From: Acutalibacteraceae bacterium
GTDB lineage: Bacteria > Actinomycetota > Coriobacteriia > Coriobacteriales > QAMH01
DNA length: 64,000 bases
Direction of reading: 5' to 3'
Assembly: GCA_963606965.1 (NCBI GenBank)
Contig: CAVDAL010000032.1
Coordinates: 25-64,024 of the forward strand
The notes below the pieces were generated by a model, which searched no databases, was not told where the DNA came from, and saw nothing but the letters and a program-made list of their open reading frames with translations. Below are positions 1 through 9,522 of this stretch, piece after piece (the stretch's first letter is position 1; each line of letters starts with the position of its first letter). Position numbers and translations under genes: made by a program.

Positions 1-1384
1 GAGAATCATGCGCAATAGTTGTAGCAATTGCTCCGCATTTTAAGCCATATCCACCAAGCAATGCACAAGAAACATTGCCTGTTCCGTTGTGACGTTCAAC
101 AACAGTAAGCTTCACAACATCCTGGTTTGGGTCGCGCACAAACATGTCTTCACTGTCAAGCAAGACAGTTGCTGCGCCTTTCTTTGTTACAATTTCACCC
201 GGCTGAATTTCAATAACATTTGCCTTATTGCTATGCAAGTGAATCTTTAGCTTATCTTTTGTGAAGTCTTTAACATTCATCTTGTTGCGCACAGGTGTAA
301 TGTCTTCATGCATGACGCGAGGGATATATTCGCCATCTTCGGCGACAAGCTTGCCTTCAATCCAAACTTTTTGAGCATTGAAATTTTCCAAATTATCAAG
401 CAAAACAATATTTGCATGATAGCCAGGAGCAATTGCACCATAGTTTTTCAAGTTAAATGCAGTTGCAGGGTTCAGCGTTGCCATTTGCATTGCACTTAGT
501 GCGTCGATGCCTTCTTCAATGCAAATGCGCAAGTGGCTATCGATGTGCCCTTCATTGAAAATTGTTTTTGGTTGTCTATCATCTGAACAGAGTAAGCATC
601 TTGATAAGTTTTGCGGAGTTACGCACTTCAAAAGTTGGCGCAAGTCGTGGCATGCTGAACCTTCACGCAGCAAGCCATACATTCCGCGTGAAATGCGCTG
701 TTCAAGTTCTTCAGCCGTAGTGCATTCATGTTCACCAAAAATTCCAGCGCAAGAATATGCATTGAGCTCTTTGCCAGAAATTCCGGGAGCATGACCATCT
801 ATCAATTTGCCGCATTTATGAGCTAATTCAATCTTTGCTAAGTCTGGACGTTGTGCTTCAATTACGCCAGGGAAGTTCATATATTCGCCAAGGCCTAAAA
901 TTTCATCACGCAGGATTGGCTCTTCCATTGCTGCTGCATCAATGACTGCACCTGAATGTTCAAATGGTGTTGCAGGCACGCATGATGGCAACATGAATTT
1001 GATATCTAAAGCAGTATTTTTTGCTGCGCGAATCATGTAATCAAGACCGTCTATTCCGCAGACGTTTACAATTTCATGTGGGTCAGCAATTATGCAGCTT
1101 GTGCCATGTGGAACAAGCAATTTGCCAAGTTCTTCAGGGCATAAAAAGGACGATTCTATATGAATGTGGCTGTCTATAAAACTTGGGCTAGCATATGCAC
1201 CTTTTGCATCGAGTTCAACTTCGCCGCTGTATTCGCCAACGCCAGCAATCATGTCGCCGCAAAAAGCGATGTCGCCATCAATAATTTTATGGGTGAAAAT
1301 GTTTACAACTTTGCAATTTTTGATAACAAAACTTGCCGGTATTCTGCCAGCTGCTGTGTCGATTAAAGTTTTAAGATCTGCCAT
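1..1384 (-). CDS. ade: adenine deaminase, truncated at its 3' end by the window edge (about 461 N-terminal codons present)
   Basis: Not in the ORF track because no stop lies inside the window. Manual translation from the ATG (complement of 1382-1384, SD GGAGAAGG upstream) gives MADLKTLIDTAAGRIPASFVIKNCKVVNIF...SFIDSHIHIESSFLCPEELGKLLVPHGTSCIIADPHEIVNVCG. This carries the amidohydrolase HxH metal site and the PHGT..DPHE block typical of Ade. The frame stays open to position 1. Confidence 0.8.
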   Translation of the reverse strand, partial: MADLKTLIDTAAGRIPASFVIKNCKVVNIFTHKIIDGDIAFCGDMIAGVGEYSGEVELDAKGAYASPSFIDSHIHIESSFLCPEELGKLLVPHGTSCIIADPHEIVNVCGIDGLDYMIRAAKNTALDIKFMLPSCVPATPFEHSGAVIDAAAMEEPILRDEILGLGEYMNFPGVIEAQRPDLAKIELAHKCGKLIDGHAPGISGKELNAYSCAGIFGEHECTTAEELEQRISRGMYGLLREGSACHDLRQLLKCVTPQNLSRCLLCSDDRQPKTIFNEGHIDSHLRICIEEGIDALSAMQMATLNPATAFNLKNYGAIAPGYHANIVLLDNLENFNAQKVWIEGKLVAEDGEYIPRVMHEDITPVRNKMNVKDFTKDKLKIHLHSNKANVIEIQPGEIVTKKGAATVLLDSEDMFVRDPNQDVVKLTVVERHNGTGNVSCALLGGYGLKCGAIATTIAHDS

Positions 1385-1552
1385 ACCTTCTCCGTTTTAA
1401 AAATTGTTAAGAAATAAAATAACATCAAAAAGGTGAATGCGTGCGAAGAAAACGCAAGATTAACAATTTGCTCGAAAAATGAATGTGCCCTTTTGCATAA
1501 AGCTGTTCATGTTTGCTGTTGCATGACTTTTGCGCTTTGGTAAAGTGGAATT

Positions 1553-2635
1553 ATGAGAAAATCACAGAAAATGTCAAATAAAAAATTATTGTCTATTGCA
1601 ATTGGCTTGCTGCTTGTTGCAGGAATTGCTGGCGGTGGTGGTTCTGCAATAGAAAGCGGCTCTTCAAATTCTGCTGACAATGCTGCGCAAAGCGGACAAT
1701 CTTCACAATATTATTATTCAAGCGACGATCAAGATTCATATGGCAGCAGTTCAAGTGCGGATGAGTCAACTTCAAGTTCGTCTTCATCTTCTTCTAGCTC
1801 TGCATCTTCTGCCTCTTCAAATGATGAGTCAGAAAATGTTGGCAAAAATTCAAGTTTCAAAGTGACATTTTTTGATATTGGACAAGGAGATTGCGCGCTT
1901 GTGCAATGCAATGGGCACAACATGTTGATAGATGGCGGGCCGCAACCTGCGTCATCAACTTTGTATTCTTATTTTTTACGCAAAAAGATAAAGAAGCTTG
2001 ATTATGTTATTGCAACACATGCTGACACGGATCATACTGGCGGAATATCGGGTGCATTGCAGGTTGCAAAAGCGAAGCATGCATATTGTTCTGTGACTTC
2101 TTCATATCAACAAACATTTAATTCAATGAAGAAAATACTCAAAAGCCAAGGCGTTTCAATTAAAGTACCTGCTTGTGGCTCAAGTTTTAAGCTTGGGAAG
2201 GCAAAAGTTTATGTCATAGGCCCTGAAAATATCACGGAAAATGGCGACAATAATGACGATTCAATCATGCTGAAAATTACATATGGCAAGACTGTTTTTG
2301 TCTTTACGGGGGACGCAAATTATGATGAAGAAAAGTCTGCCTGCAAATATTTAGACGGATGCGATGTTTTGAAAGTTGCTCATCATGGTTCTGCATCTAG
2401 CAGCAGCTATCAATTTTTGCGCGCAGCAATGCCAAAGAATGCAATCATAAGCGTTGGGGCTGGCAATACTTATGGCCACCCGAAGGAAAAGGCTTTGTCG
2501 CGCTTGAAAGACTGCGGCGCAAAAATTTATAGAACAGATTTACAAGGCGACATTGTTGTGACTAGCAATGGCAAGAAGGTCAAAATTTCTGTATCAAAAA
2601 ATAAGAATGCTAATACTCTGCAACCCGGTAAGTAA
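1553..2635 (+). CDS. secreted or membrane-anchored MBL-fold hydrolase (ComEC C-terminal-domain-like) with a Ser-rich linker
   Basis: N-terminal hydrophobic anchor (LLSIAIGLLLVAGIAGGGG), a poly-Ser low-complexity linker, then the metallo-beta-lactamase signature ATHADTDHTGG (HxHxDH) and a downstream VAHHGS. Start is alternatively at 1571. Confidence 0.7.
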   Translation: MRKSQKMSNKKLLSIAIGLLLVAGIAGGGGSAIESGSSNSADNAAQSGQSSQYYYSSDDQDSYGSSSSADESTSSSSSSSSSSASSASSNDESENVGKNSSFKVTFFDIGQGDCALVQCNGHNMLIDGGPQPASSTLYSYFLRKKIKKLDYVIATHADTDHTGGISGALQVAKAKHAYCSVTSSYQQTFNSMKKILKSQGVSIKVPACGSSFKLGKAKVYVIGPENITENGDNNDDSIMLKITYGKTVFVFTGDANYDEEKSACKYLDGCDVLKVAHHGSASSSSYQFLRAAMPKNAIISVGAGNTYGHPKEKALSRLKDCGAKIYRTDLQGDIVVTSNGKKVKISVSKNKNANTLQPGK

Positions 2636-3089
2636 CTTATTCAAAATGCTGCAGAATTTTGCTTGTAATTTAACCCATCTTCAATATGTACATTTCTTAT
2701 TTCTTGCAAATTTATTTAAAAAACCTCCATTTTCTATTTTTGAAATAGTCTGTCTGCATTGCTATAAAGTTCTATACAATTTTCAATTTCTCTTATGCTC
2801 AATTCATCTGTAATATGGCGATATGATGTAATAATTTCTTTATAATAATCAAGTGGTAAAGAAGTAAAGCAGTGTAAAAGCTCAACAAGCATTCGCTTTT
2901 TTGAAAACAAACGAATTGTGTTTTAAAGTAAACAGCTCACATTAAGCAAGGCAGTGTGAATAATTAGTTTAAATTTATATTTGCTTATGTCGTGAATGTT
3001 GTGCTTTGTATATTATCGAGGTTTCATAGAGAAAAGCCGCCCAGATAATAAAAATCCAGACGGCTTATATTTAATAAAAATTAGTATAA

Positions 3090-4061
3090 TTATTCAAGAG
3101 ATTTAAATCCAAGATCTGCCATTGTCATATCAAGGTTACTATCATTTACTATATTTTGTAATCTTTTAGTAATTGATTTAAGAATTGAAGGTGTGCAAGA
3201 ATTAAGAGAGGAAATATTAGAACTACTACTGGAAGCACGTGTGGATAATTTTAAGAGACTTTGCACATATTCTAAAGATTCAATAATATCAGAACTAGGG
3301 CTAGCATTGAAAACATTCGAGCTATCTATTGCCCAATCAGATAAATTATCTCCTAATTTATAATTTTCTACAAACCATACACTTTCAGCTTGTTCGTAAT
3401 GAGGATACAAAAAAGACATATTAGCAAATGTTCCATTTACCATTGCTATTATTCCGTGTTCATCTGTATATACGAATGAAAAGACAAACAACTTTGCAGT
3501 AGTGCTATTACCAGATTTATTATTATTATGATAAGAGATGTCAAAACCAGACTTGTCTTCGCGTACTGCAATCCAATTTAGTGATTTGTTTTCATTAAGC
3601 TTATCTTGATTCTTTTCTAAATAATTAAGAAACATATTCCATTTACATAAAGATAACTTATTATCACTATCTTTAAAATTATTCAGACCTTCGTATATAG
3701 AGGCAGCTTCTTGGTAACTTCCATTATTAAATAATGATTCGGCTTTATTGTATTTATAAAGCGGAATGCCTAAAGTAATCCCAAGAATAATTAATACAAC
3801 GCAGATACAAACAATAGAAATTATTATTGGTTTTTTATGAGATTTTTTAGGTTTTTCTTGAGGACTTTCTTCAGATGGAATATCTGGATTTTTGGAAATT
3901 TCATCTGGTGAATCATTATCAGGTTTATCTAAATTAGAAGGTTCGCTGTGGGTTTGCTCAGTTGCAGATGCGGCGGCTGCTATATCATCGGCAGCTTCAT
4001 CAATTTGAGCATCATTTAAATTGACATTTTCATTTTGGTTTTCATCCATAATTTCCTCCAA
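3090..4061 (-). CDS. hypothetical single-pass membrane protein (acidic disordered N-terminus, TM helix, extracytoplasmic domain)
   Basis: 323-aa ORF with an Asp/Glu/Pro-rich N-terminus, one clear TM segment (IIISIVCICVVLIILGITLGIPL) and a TPR-like YQEAASIYEGL segment. Lies in a markedly AT-rich stretch. I recognise no family. Confidence 0.5.
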   Translation of the reverse strand: MEEIMDENQNENVNLNDAQIDEAADDIAAAASATEQTHSEPSNLDKPDNDSPDEISKNPDIPSEESPQEKPKKSHKKPIIISIVCICVVLIILGITLGIPLYKYNKAESLFNNGSYQEAASIYEGLNNFKDSDNKLSLCKWNMFLNYLEKNQDKLNENKSLNWIAVREDKSGFDISYHNNNKSGNSTTAKLFVFSFVYTDEHGIIAMVNGTFANMSFLYPHYEQAESVWFVENYKLGDNLSDWAIDSSNVFNASPSSDIIESLEYVQSLLKLSTRASSSSSNISSLNSCTPSILKSITKRLQNIVNDSNLDMTMADLGFKSLE

Positions 4062-4330
4062 ACAATAAATGGTAATTGAACAAGTTAATGCTATATCTAA
4101 TTAGCCATAATGATTATGAAATAAGAAAGGCTTAGGAATCATAACTCCATTGATCTTTATTATGAAATGTGGCTGTCTTAATTTAAAAGGTGGCCACATG
4201 CTCAATGAAAGCAATGATAGGCAGTAGAGGATGCTGTTTCTTTTTTTCAATGTCTTCAATATTATCGAAAGGCGTTGTTATATTACATATTTTTCTTTCT
4301 TCGATTTTGCTCATTTTTTTGAAGCATTTG

Positions 4331-4358
4331 TTGCTTGTGGCAAAATTTAGCATATAAT
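4331..4358 (+). promoter_or_regulatory. candidate sigma-70-type promoter of the toxin-antitoxin pair
   Basis: TTGCTT (4331-4336), 16 nt spacer, TATAAT (4353-4358), about 28 nt upstream of the antitoxin ATG. Confidence 0.4.
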
Positions 4359-4385
4359 ATAGCCACACGAGAAAAGGAGAAAACG

Positions 4386-4643
4386 ATGCAAATTATCCCA
4401 ATGAGAGATCTAAAGAATACAGTTGAAGTTGAGCGAAGATGCGCAGAAGAAAATGGACCTGTTTTTGTTACGAAAAATGGATATGGGCGCCTTGTTGTTA
4501 TGGATATTGAATATTATGAGCAAACAATGAGAAAACTTGATGAAGCTAGAATTATTTTCGATGGACTGAGAGATGTTGAAAATGGATGCATTATTGATGG
4601 TGATGATGCTATAAATAAAATAAAGAGTAAATATGGCATATAA
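4386..4643 (+). CDS. type II antitoxin, Phd/YefM family
   Basis: MQIIPMRDLKNTVEVERRCAEENGPVFVTKNGYGRLVVMDIEYYE is the typical Phd/YefM N-terminus. SD AAGGAGAA precedes the ATG at 4386, so the track start at 4335 is probably too long. Overlaps the toxin gene by 11 nt. Confidence 0.75.
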   Translation: MQIIPMRDLKNTVEVERRCAEENGPVFVTKNGYGRLVVMDIEYYEQTMRKLDEARIIFDGLRDVENGCIIDGDDAINKIKSKYGI

Positions 4644-4965
4644 ATTCAAATACAAGTTAACGCACAAGGCAAACAAAGATTTGGATGATATTGTTAAGTA
4701 TATCTCTGTGGATTTGTCCAATTTAAAGGCTGCCTCGGAATTTATAGATAGGCTTGAAAAGGGTATAGATGACATAAGAAGTTTTCCTCAAAGCTGTCAA
4801 TTAGTTGAAAATGAATTTCTTCTTGGCATGAAAATTAGAAAAAAGTTAATCGGTAATTATGTCATGTATTATCAAGTTGATGAGCATGACGAAATTATTC
4901 TAATCTTAAGAGTTATATATGGAAGAAGAAACTTGGATGAAATTTTAAGGAAGTTGAATAACTGA
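4633..4965 (+). CDS. type II toxin, RelE/ParE family
   Basis: 110 aa, overlapping the upstream antitoxin. ParE-like pattern: LTHKANKDLDDIVKYI...SFPQSCQLV...KKLIGNYVMYYQVDEHDEIILILRVIYGRRN. Confidence 0.75.
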   Translation: MAYKFKYKLTHKANKDLDDIVKYISVDLSNLKAASEFIDRLEKGIDDIRSFPQSCQLVENEFLLGMKIRKKLIGNYVMYYQVDEHDEIILILRVIYGRRNLDEILRKLNN

Positions 4966-5038
4966 GCGCTTTGTGCGAAATATAATGAGATAATGTTGCA
5001 AGATATTCTTGCAAGGTTCTAGATTCATTGGAGAAAAA

Positions 5039-5596
5039 ATGAGTATCGGTTTAATTATTGTTATTGTAATTGTTGTATTGCTTATTATTTATGTCATTAG
5101 CATGTATAACAAGTTTGTGTCTTTGCGCAATCGCGTTGACAATGCTTGGGCACAGATTGATGTTCAGTTGCAGCGCCGCGCAGACCTTATCCCAAATTTG
5201 GTGGAAACTGTTAAAGGCTATGCAAAGCATGAAAGCGGTACATTAGAGGCGGTAACGCAAGCCAGAAGTGCTGTTGCAAATGCTGGCACTCCAGCAGAAG
5301 CAATGGAAGCAAACAACGTTTTGACTTCAACATTGAAGACTTTATTTGCTGTTGCGGAAGCTTATCCAGATTTGAAAGCGAACACAAACTTTATTGAGTT
5401 GCAAAATGAACTTTCTGAAACTGAAGACAAAATTAGCTATATGCGCCAGAGCTTCAATGATGTTGTGATGAAATACAATAATGCTATTCAGCAATTCCCA
5501 GGCAACATCTTTGCTGGCATTTTCCATTTTGAAGCACGCGATTCATTTGATGCTGTTGCAGGTGCAGAAGTTGCGCCAAAAGTTAGCTTTGAATAA
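5039..5596 (+). CDS. lemA: LemA family membrane protein
   Basis: N-terminal TM helix followed by [43 protein letters not shown], the LemA signature. SD GGAGAAAA precedes the ATG at 5039. Confidence 0.85.
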   Translation: MSIGLIIVIVIVVLLIIYVISMYNKFVSLRNRVDNAWAQIDVQLQRRADLIPNLVETVKGYAKHESGTLEAVTQARSAVANAGTPAEAMEANNVLTSTLKTLFAVAEAYPDLKANTNFIELQNELSETEDKISYMRQSFNDVVMKYNNAIQQFPGNIFAGIFHFEARDSFDAVAGAEVAPKVSFE

Positions 5597-5626
5597 GCTC
5601 GCAATTTCTAAATAAAGGAATCATGG

Positions 5627-7600
5627 ATGGTTTTATCTAAAAAGCTAAGCAAGCTCACTCTGCCATTTGTTGTGCTTTTCATAACAATATTGATGTGCAC
5701 TTTTCTGTTGCCGCAACAGGCGCAAGCAGACGACTATTCTGTTACAAATGTTGATATAGACGCAACTGTTAAAGATGATGCTTCGCTACATGTTGTTGAA
5801 GATAGAACATTTTCTTTTGATGGCAGCTTTACTTGTGTTTGGTGGAAGTTTGATAGCTTGCCTCAAAATTCGACTCTCGACATAAATGGCGTAAGCCTTA
5901 AAACTGATGAAGATAGCAAGTGGCAAAAGCTCAAAAAAGTTGAATTTCAATATGAGTGGACTTATGAAGGCGGTCCTGGCGGTTTTGCATATTCAGTAGA
6001 TGAAGAAGATAAAGCTGTTTATGTCTTTTTTAAAGCAGAAGACACAGACATGCAAGTCATGCTTGATATGACATATAACAATGCTGTCCAAATTTATGAA
6101 GACACAGCAGAACTTTATTGGAAATATGTTGGCACTGATTGGGAAGTTGATTCAGAAAATGTAACAATGTCTTTGACTTTGCCGAATCCGTTTTCATCAT
6201 CCTTTGAACTTGGCAGCGACGTGTGCGCTTGGGGTCATGGTAATTTGAGCGGCAGTTTGGCTGCAGGCTCAGAAAATAATATCATTTATGATACAGGCAC
6301 TGTTAAGCCTGGCAAATATGCAGAAGCAAGAGTTTTGTTCCCAAAGTCATGGGTCAGTAATGCACCAAAAGTTGTGCTTAATGCACATAGCGGCATATAT
6401 CGCACAAATGAAGTTTTGGAACAAGAACAGCAATGGGCTGATGAAGCTAACAGAGAGCGCATGTTTGAGCGTCTCAAAATTTTTGGCTTTGCTGGTATTT
6501 GCTTGATAATAATTGTTGCTTGCATATTCATGTATTTGCGCTTTGGCAGAGAGTATAAGCCAAATTTCACTAATGACTACTGGCGCGACGACCCGCTGCC
6601 AGGCACCAACCCTGCTGTTATTGGCAGAATTTGGCGCATGAATAAAGAAGACAAGAATGACTTCATGACTGTCATTATGTATTTGTGCGACAAAGGCTTC
6701 ATTAATCTTGGTGTTGAAAAAGTTGAAAAAGACCGCTTGATTTTTGGCACAACAGAAGAAGAGCTTTATTATCTTGACCGTGTAAAGACAAAGTCTGAAG
6801 AAGACGAGCAAGGCCTGGATGACATAAGCAATGGTGTTCTTGATTTAATATTTAATAAAATTGGCAACAAACATGCAAAGCGTGTTTATCTTACAGAGAT
6901 AAGCGACTTTGCAAAAGATGACCCTGATAGCTTCAAGAGCGAAATTGAAAGCTGGCAAGCAAGTGTTGAAACAGAAACATTGCGCGGCGGCTTTTTTGAA
7001 CAGGCCTCTTTAAAGTGGCAAAAAAGGTCAAATGTTTTAAGCTTCCTTCCTCTTGTTGTTTCCTTTATTCTTTTAGTTATTTCAGATTTTGACTTAGTAT
7101 CAATTTGCGAATTTTTCTGCGCTCTTATAACTTTGGCTATCTGCCTTATTGTTTCTAGGGCAGTTTCAAAGCGCAGCCAGCTTGGTGCAGATGTTAATGC
7201 TAAATGCGAAGCTTTGCGCAAGTGGCTTAAAGACTTCACAGCGCTTGATGAATATGTTCCAACAGATATTAAAGTCTGGGGTAAATATATGGTTTATGCG
7301 CATCTGTTTGGCATTGCTGAAGAAGTTATGCATAAATTAAAGAATGCTATTCCAAGTGTCTTTGGTGAAGATGCATATACAGATGTTAATGACACGACTT
7401 ATATTCCATGGTACTGGTTCTGGTATTCGCATGGAAGTTATTCATATACAGGCAATTCATTCAATGATGTCTTTAGTGATAGCTTCACCGAAGCTTTTGA
7501 TGCTGCATTTTCTGATGATTCATCTGGTGGAGGATTCGGCGGAGGATTTTCCGGCGGCGGAGGCGGCGGCTTTGGCGGAGGCGGCGGCGGAGCCAGATAG
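5627..7600 (+). CDS. DUF2207-type membrane protein (usual LemA partner) with a Gly-rich C-terminal tail
   Basis: Signal peptide, large extracytoplasmic domain, several TM helices and a terminal SSGGGFGGGFSGGGGGGFGGGGGGAR tail. The position directly after lemA matches the conserved LemA-DUF2207 pairing. Confidence 0.7.
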   Translation: MVLSKKLSKLTLPFVVLFITILMCTFLLPQQAQADDYSVTNVDIDATVKDDASLHVVEDRTFSFDGSFTCVWWKFDSLPQNSTLDINGVSLKTDEDSKWQKLKKVEFQYEWTYEGGPGGFAYSVDEEDKAVYVFFKAEDTDMQVMLDMTYNNAVQIYEDTAELYWKYVGTDWEVDSENVTMSLTLPNPFSSSFELGSDVCAWGHGNLSGSLAAGSENNIIYDTGTVKPGKYAEARVLFPKSWVSNAPKVVLNAHSGIYRTNEVLEQEQQWADEANRERMFERLKIFGFAGICLIIIVACIFMYLRFGREYKPNFTNDYWRDDPLPGTNPAVIGRIWRMNKEDKNDFMTVIMYLCDKGFINLGVEKVEKDRLIFGTTEEELYYLDRVKTKSEEDEQGLDDISNGVLDLIFNKIGNKHAKRVYLTEISDFAKDDPDSFKSEIESWQASVETETLRGGFFEQASLKWQKRSNVLSFLPLVVSFILLVISDFDLVSICEFFCALITLAICLIVSRAVSKRSQLGADVNAKCEALRKWLKDFTALDEYVPTDIKVWGKYMVYAHLFGIAEEVMHKLKNAIPSVFGEDAYTDVNDTTYIPWYWFWYSHGSYSYTGNSFNDVFSDSFTEAFDAAFSDDSSGGGFGGGFSGGGGGGFGGGGGGAR

Positions 7601-7658
7601 TTGCGGTGAAGCTAGGCAGCTTTTAATAAAGCCAGAGTTGTTATATTGTTTTTTAGGG

Positions 7659-7693
7659 GCGGCTTGTCTGTGCGACAAGCCGCTATTTTGTTT
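7659..7693 (+). terminator. rho-independent terminator after the DUF2207 gene
   Basis: 10-bp GC-rich stem GCGGCTTGTC / GACAAGCCGC with a 5-nt loop, followed by TATTTTGTTT. Confidence 0.7.
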
Positions 7694-7789
7694 AGACTAT
7701 GTGAATATTTGACGCCGAGCGCATCTTAGTATTTATTCTTTGTGTTCTTTGCGGTATAGTTTGGAAGTTTTAAGTTTGGTTTTAAACGA

Positions 7790-8857
7790 TTGAATGGAAG
7801 TAGTAATATTTCAGTGGCTTCTCAAGTTAAAAAATGGATTTTCAATATAGCCTTTTTTGTCATCATTATTGGGCTGACTATCTATTTTGTTTTGCGCGGC
7901 AGCGACCTTTCAGGCGCGTGGGATCTTTTAACTTCTGCAAATGTTTATTGGTGTTTAGTTGCAGTTTTACTTGTTATTTTATTCATAATTTCAGAATCTG
8001 CGATTATTGCATACCTTGCTCATTCTCTTAAAATTAGCATTAATTTTTTGCATTGCATTTTATATTCATTTGTTGGATTTTTCTTTTCAGCAATTACACC
8101 TTCAGCTTCAGGCGGACAGCCATTCCAAATTGTATTTATGAAGCGCGATGGAATTTCAATTTCAACATCTTGCGCAATATTAGCGATTGTTACAATCCTT
8201 TATAAGACTGTTTTAATTTTGGTTGGTGTACTTGTTTTTATATTCCGCCCCGAGCCACTAATGATTCTTATAGCGCCGCATATTGGCTGGTACATTCTTG
8301 GTCTTTTCTTAAATGTCATATTTGTATCTGCAATGGTAGTTATGGTTTTCAAGCCTCGCATTATTGAAGTGCCTGTCATAGCAATCTTTGATTTTGCAAA
8401 TAAGATTTTCAAATTTAAAAAAGCAGATTCTAAACGTGAAAGACTTCGTAATGGTGTGCATAAGTATGCAAGTGTGACAGCAAACTTTACTGCAAGCTGG
8501 CGCACGCTGTTTGTGGCCTTCATTATGACTTTAATTCAGCGCTTCTTCCTTTTCCTAGTTACATATATCGCTGCGCTTGCTTTGTATCAAATACATGTTA
8601 ATATGCCATTGGTTGTTTCTGTACAAGCAATGATTTCTGTTGCAGTTGACATGATGCCAATGCCTGGTGGCAGTGGTTTGGCAGAATTTTTATTCCAGCG
8701 AGCATTTGCGCCGCTAGTAAGCCGCGATATACTCTTACCATTGCTTATCTTAAGCAGAGGAATTGGATATTATACTCAAATTATTTTGGGCGGCATCGGA
8801 ACACTTGCTGCTTTAGTAGTTATTCGCGATAAAGGCAAGAAAGAAATTAAAGAATGA
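7790..8857 (+). CDS. UPF0104 / lysyl-phosphatidylglycerol-synthase-TM-region (flippase-like) membrane protein
   Basis: Polytopic membrane protein containing AITPSASGGQPFQIVFMKRDGIS. The only in-frame start near the 5' end is TTG 7790 (or GTG 7814). 4-nt overlap (ATGA) with pssA. Confidence 0.6.
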   Translation: MNGSSNISVASQVKKWIFNIAFFVIIIGLTIYFVLRGSDLSGAWDLLTSANVYWCLVAVLLVILFIISESAIIAYLAHSLKISINFLHCILYSFVGFFFSAITPSASGGQPFQIVFMKRDGISISTSCAILAIVTILYKTVLILVGVLVFIFRPEPLMILIAPHIGWYILGLFLNVIFVSAMVVMVFKPRIIEVPVIAIFDFANKIFKFKKADSKRERLRNGVHKYASVTANFTASWRTLFVAFIMTLIQRFFLFLVTYIAALALYQIHVNMPLVVSVQAMISVAVDMMPMPGGSGLAEFLFQRAFAPLVSRDILLPLLILSRGIGYYTQIILGGIGTLAALVVIRDKGKKEIKE

Positions 8858-9522
8858 TTGGTTTTTGGAATTACACAATAGTGCTGACCTTTTTAGGTTT
8901 GGTATTTTCGATTTTTGGAATGACGCAAGCAGACGCAAATCACATGGTAATTGCTGTTGCATGTTTGGCTGCGTCTGGTTTATGCGATGCATTCGATGGT
9001 AGGGTAGCAGGCACAAAGACAGACAGAACTCAAAAAGAAGTTATCTTCGGCATACAACTTGATTCTCTTTGCGATGTTATTTGCTTTGGTATCTTCCCAG
9101 CAGTGATTTGCTATTCAAGTGGAGTTGGCCACTATATAGGCGGCATTGCTCTTAGCTATTATTGCATTTGCGCTGTTATTCGCCTTGCATTCTTCAATAC
9201 TTTGGAAACTGAAAAGCTTGGGCAAGAAGTCCAAACTGAAAAGGTCTATCATGGTTTGCCCATCACTTCAATTTCAATTATTTTGCCAATCATATTTTTT
9301 GTTTGCATGGTTTTTGTGCCAGAAAAAGCGCACCCAATTATTTATACATTTATGCTATTTATTGTTGGCACGCTTTTCATTCTTGACTTTAAACTCAAAA
9401 AGCCAAGCTTAAAACAACTGATTCTTATCATTGTTGTTGTATTTATTTTTGTTGTCGCATCATTTGTTGTATTTGGTTTAACTAAAGGCGGAACTACAAG
9501 TCTGTTTGGATTTATGCATTGA
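8854..9522 (+). CDS. pssA: CDP-alcohol phosphatidyltransferase (phosphatidylserine synthase type)
   Basis: CDP-alcohol motif DAFDGRVAG...GIQLDSLCDVICFG, multiple TM helices, and psd immediately downstream. Confidence 0.75.
   Translation: MIGFWNYTIVLTFLGLVFSIFGMTQADANHMVIAVACLAASGLCDAFDGRVAGTKTDRTQKEVIFGIQLDSLCDVICFGIFPAVICYSSGVGHYIGGIALSYYCICAVIRLAFFNTLETEKLGQEVQTEKVYHGLPITSISIILPIIFFVCMVFVPEKAHPIIYTFMLFIVGTLFILDFKLKKPSLKQLILIIVVVFIFVVASFVVFGLTKGGTTSLFGFMH

Noticed and set aside
1385-1552. Purine riboswitch in the leader of adenine deaminase (minus strand).
   Set aside because: No UAUAAU...CGAGUAAUAUGG...CUACC...GACUAUA-type three-way-junction core is visible in the 168-nt divergent region.
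4183-4368. 61-aa minus-strand ORF overlapping the TA promoter region.
   Set aside because: No SD and no recognisable motif. It overlaps the candidate TA promoter and lies in very AT-rich DNA where such ORFs arise by chance.
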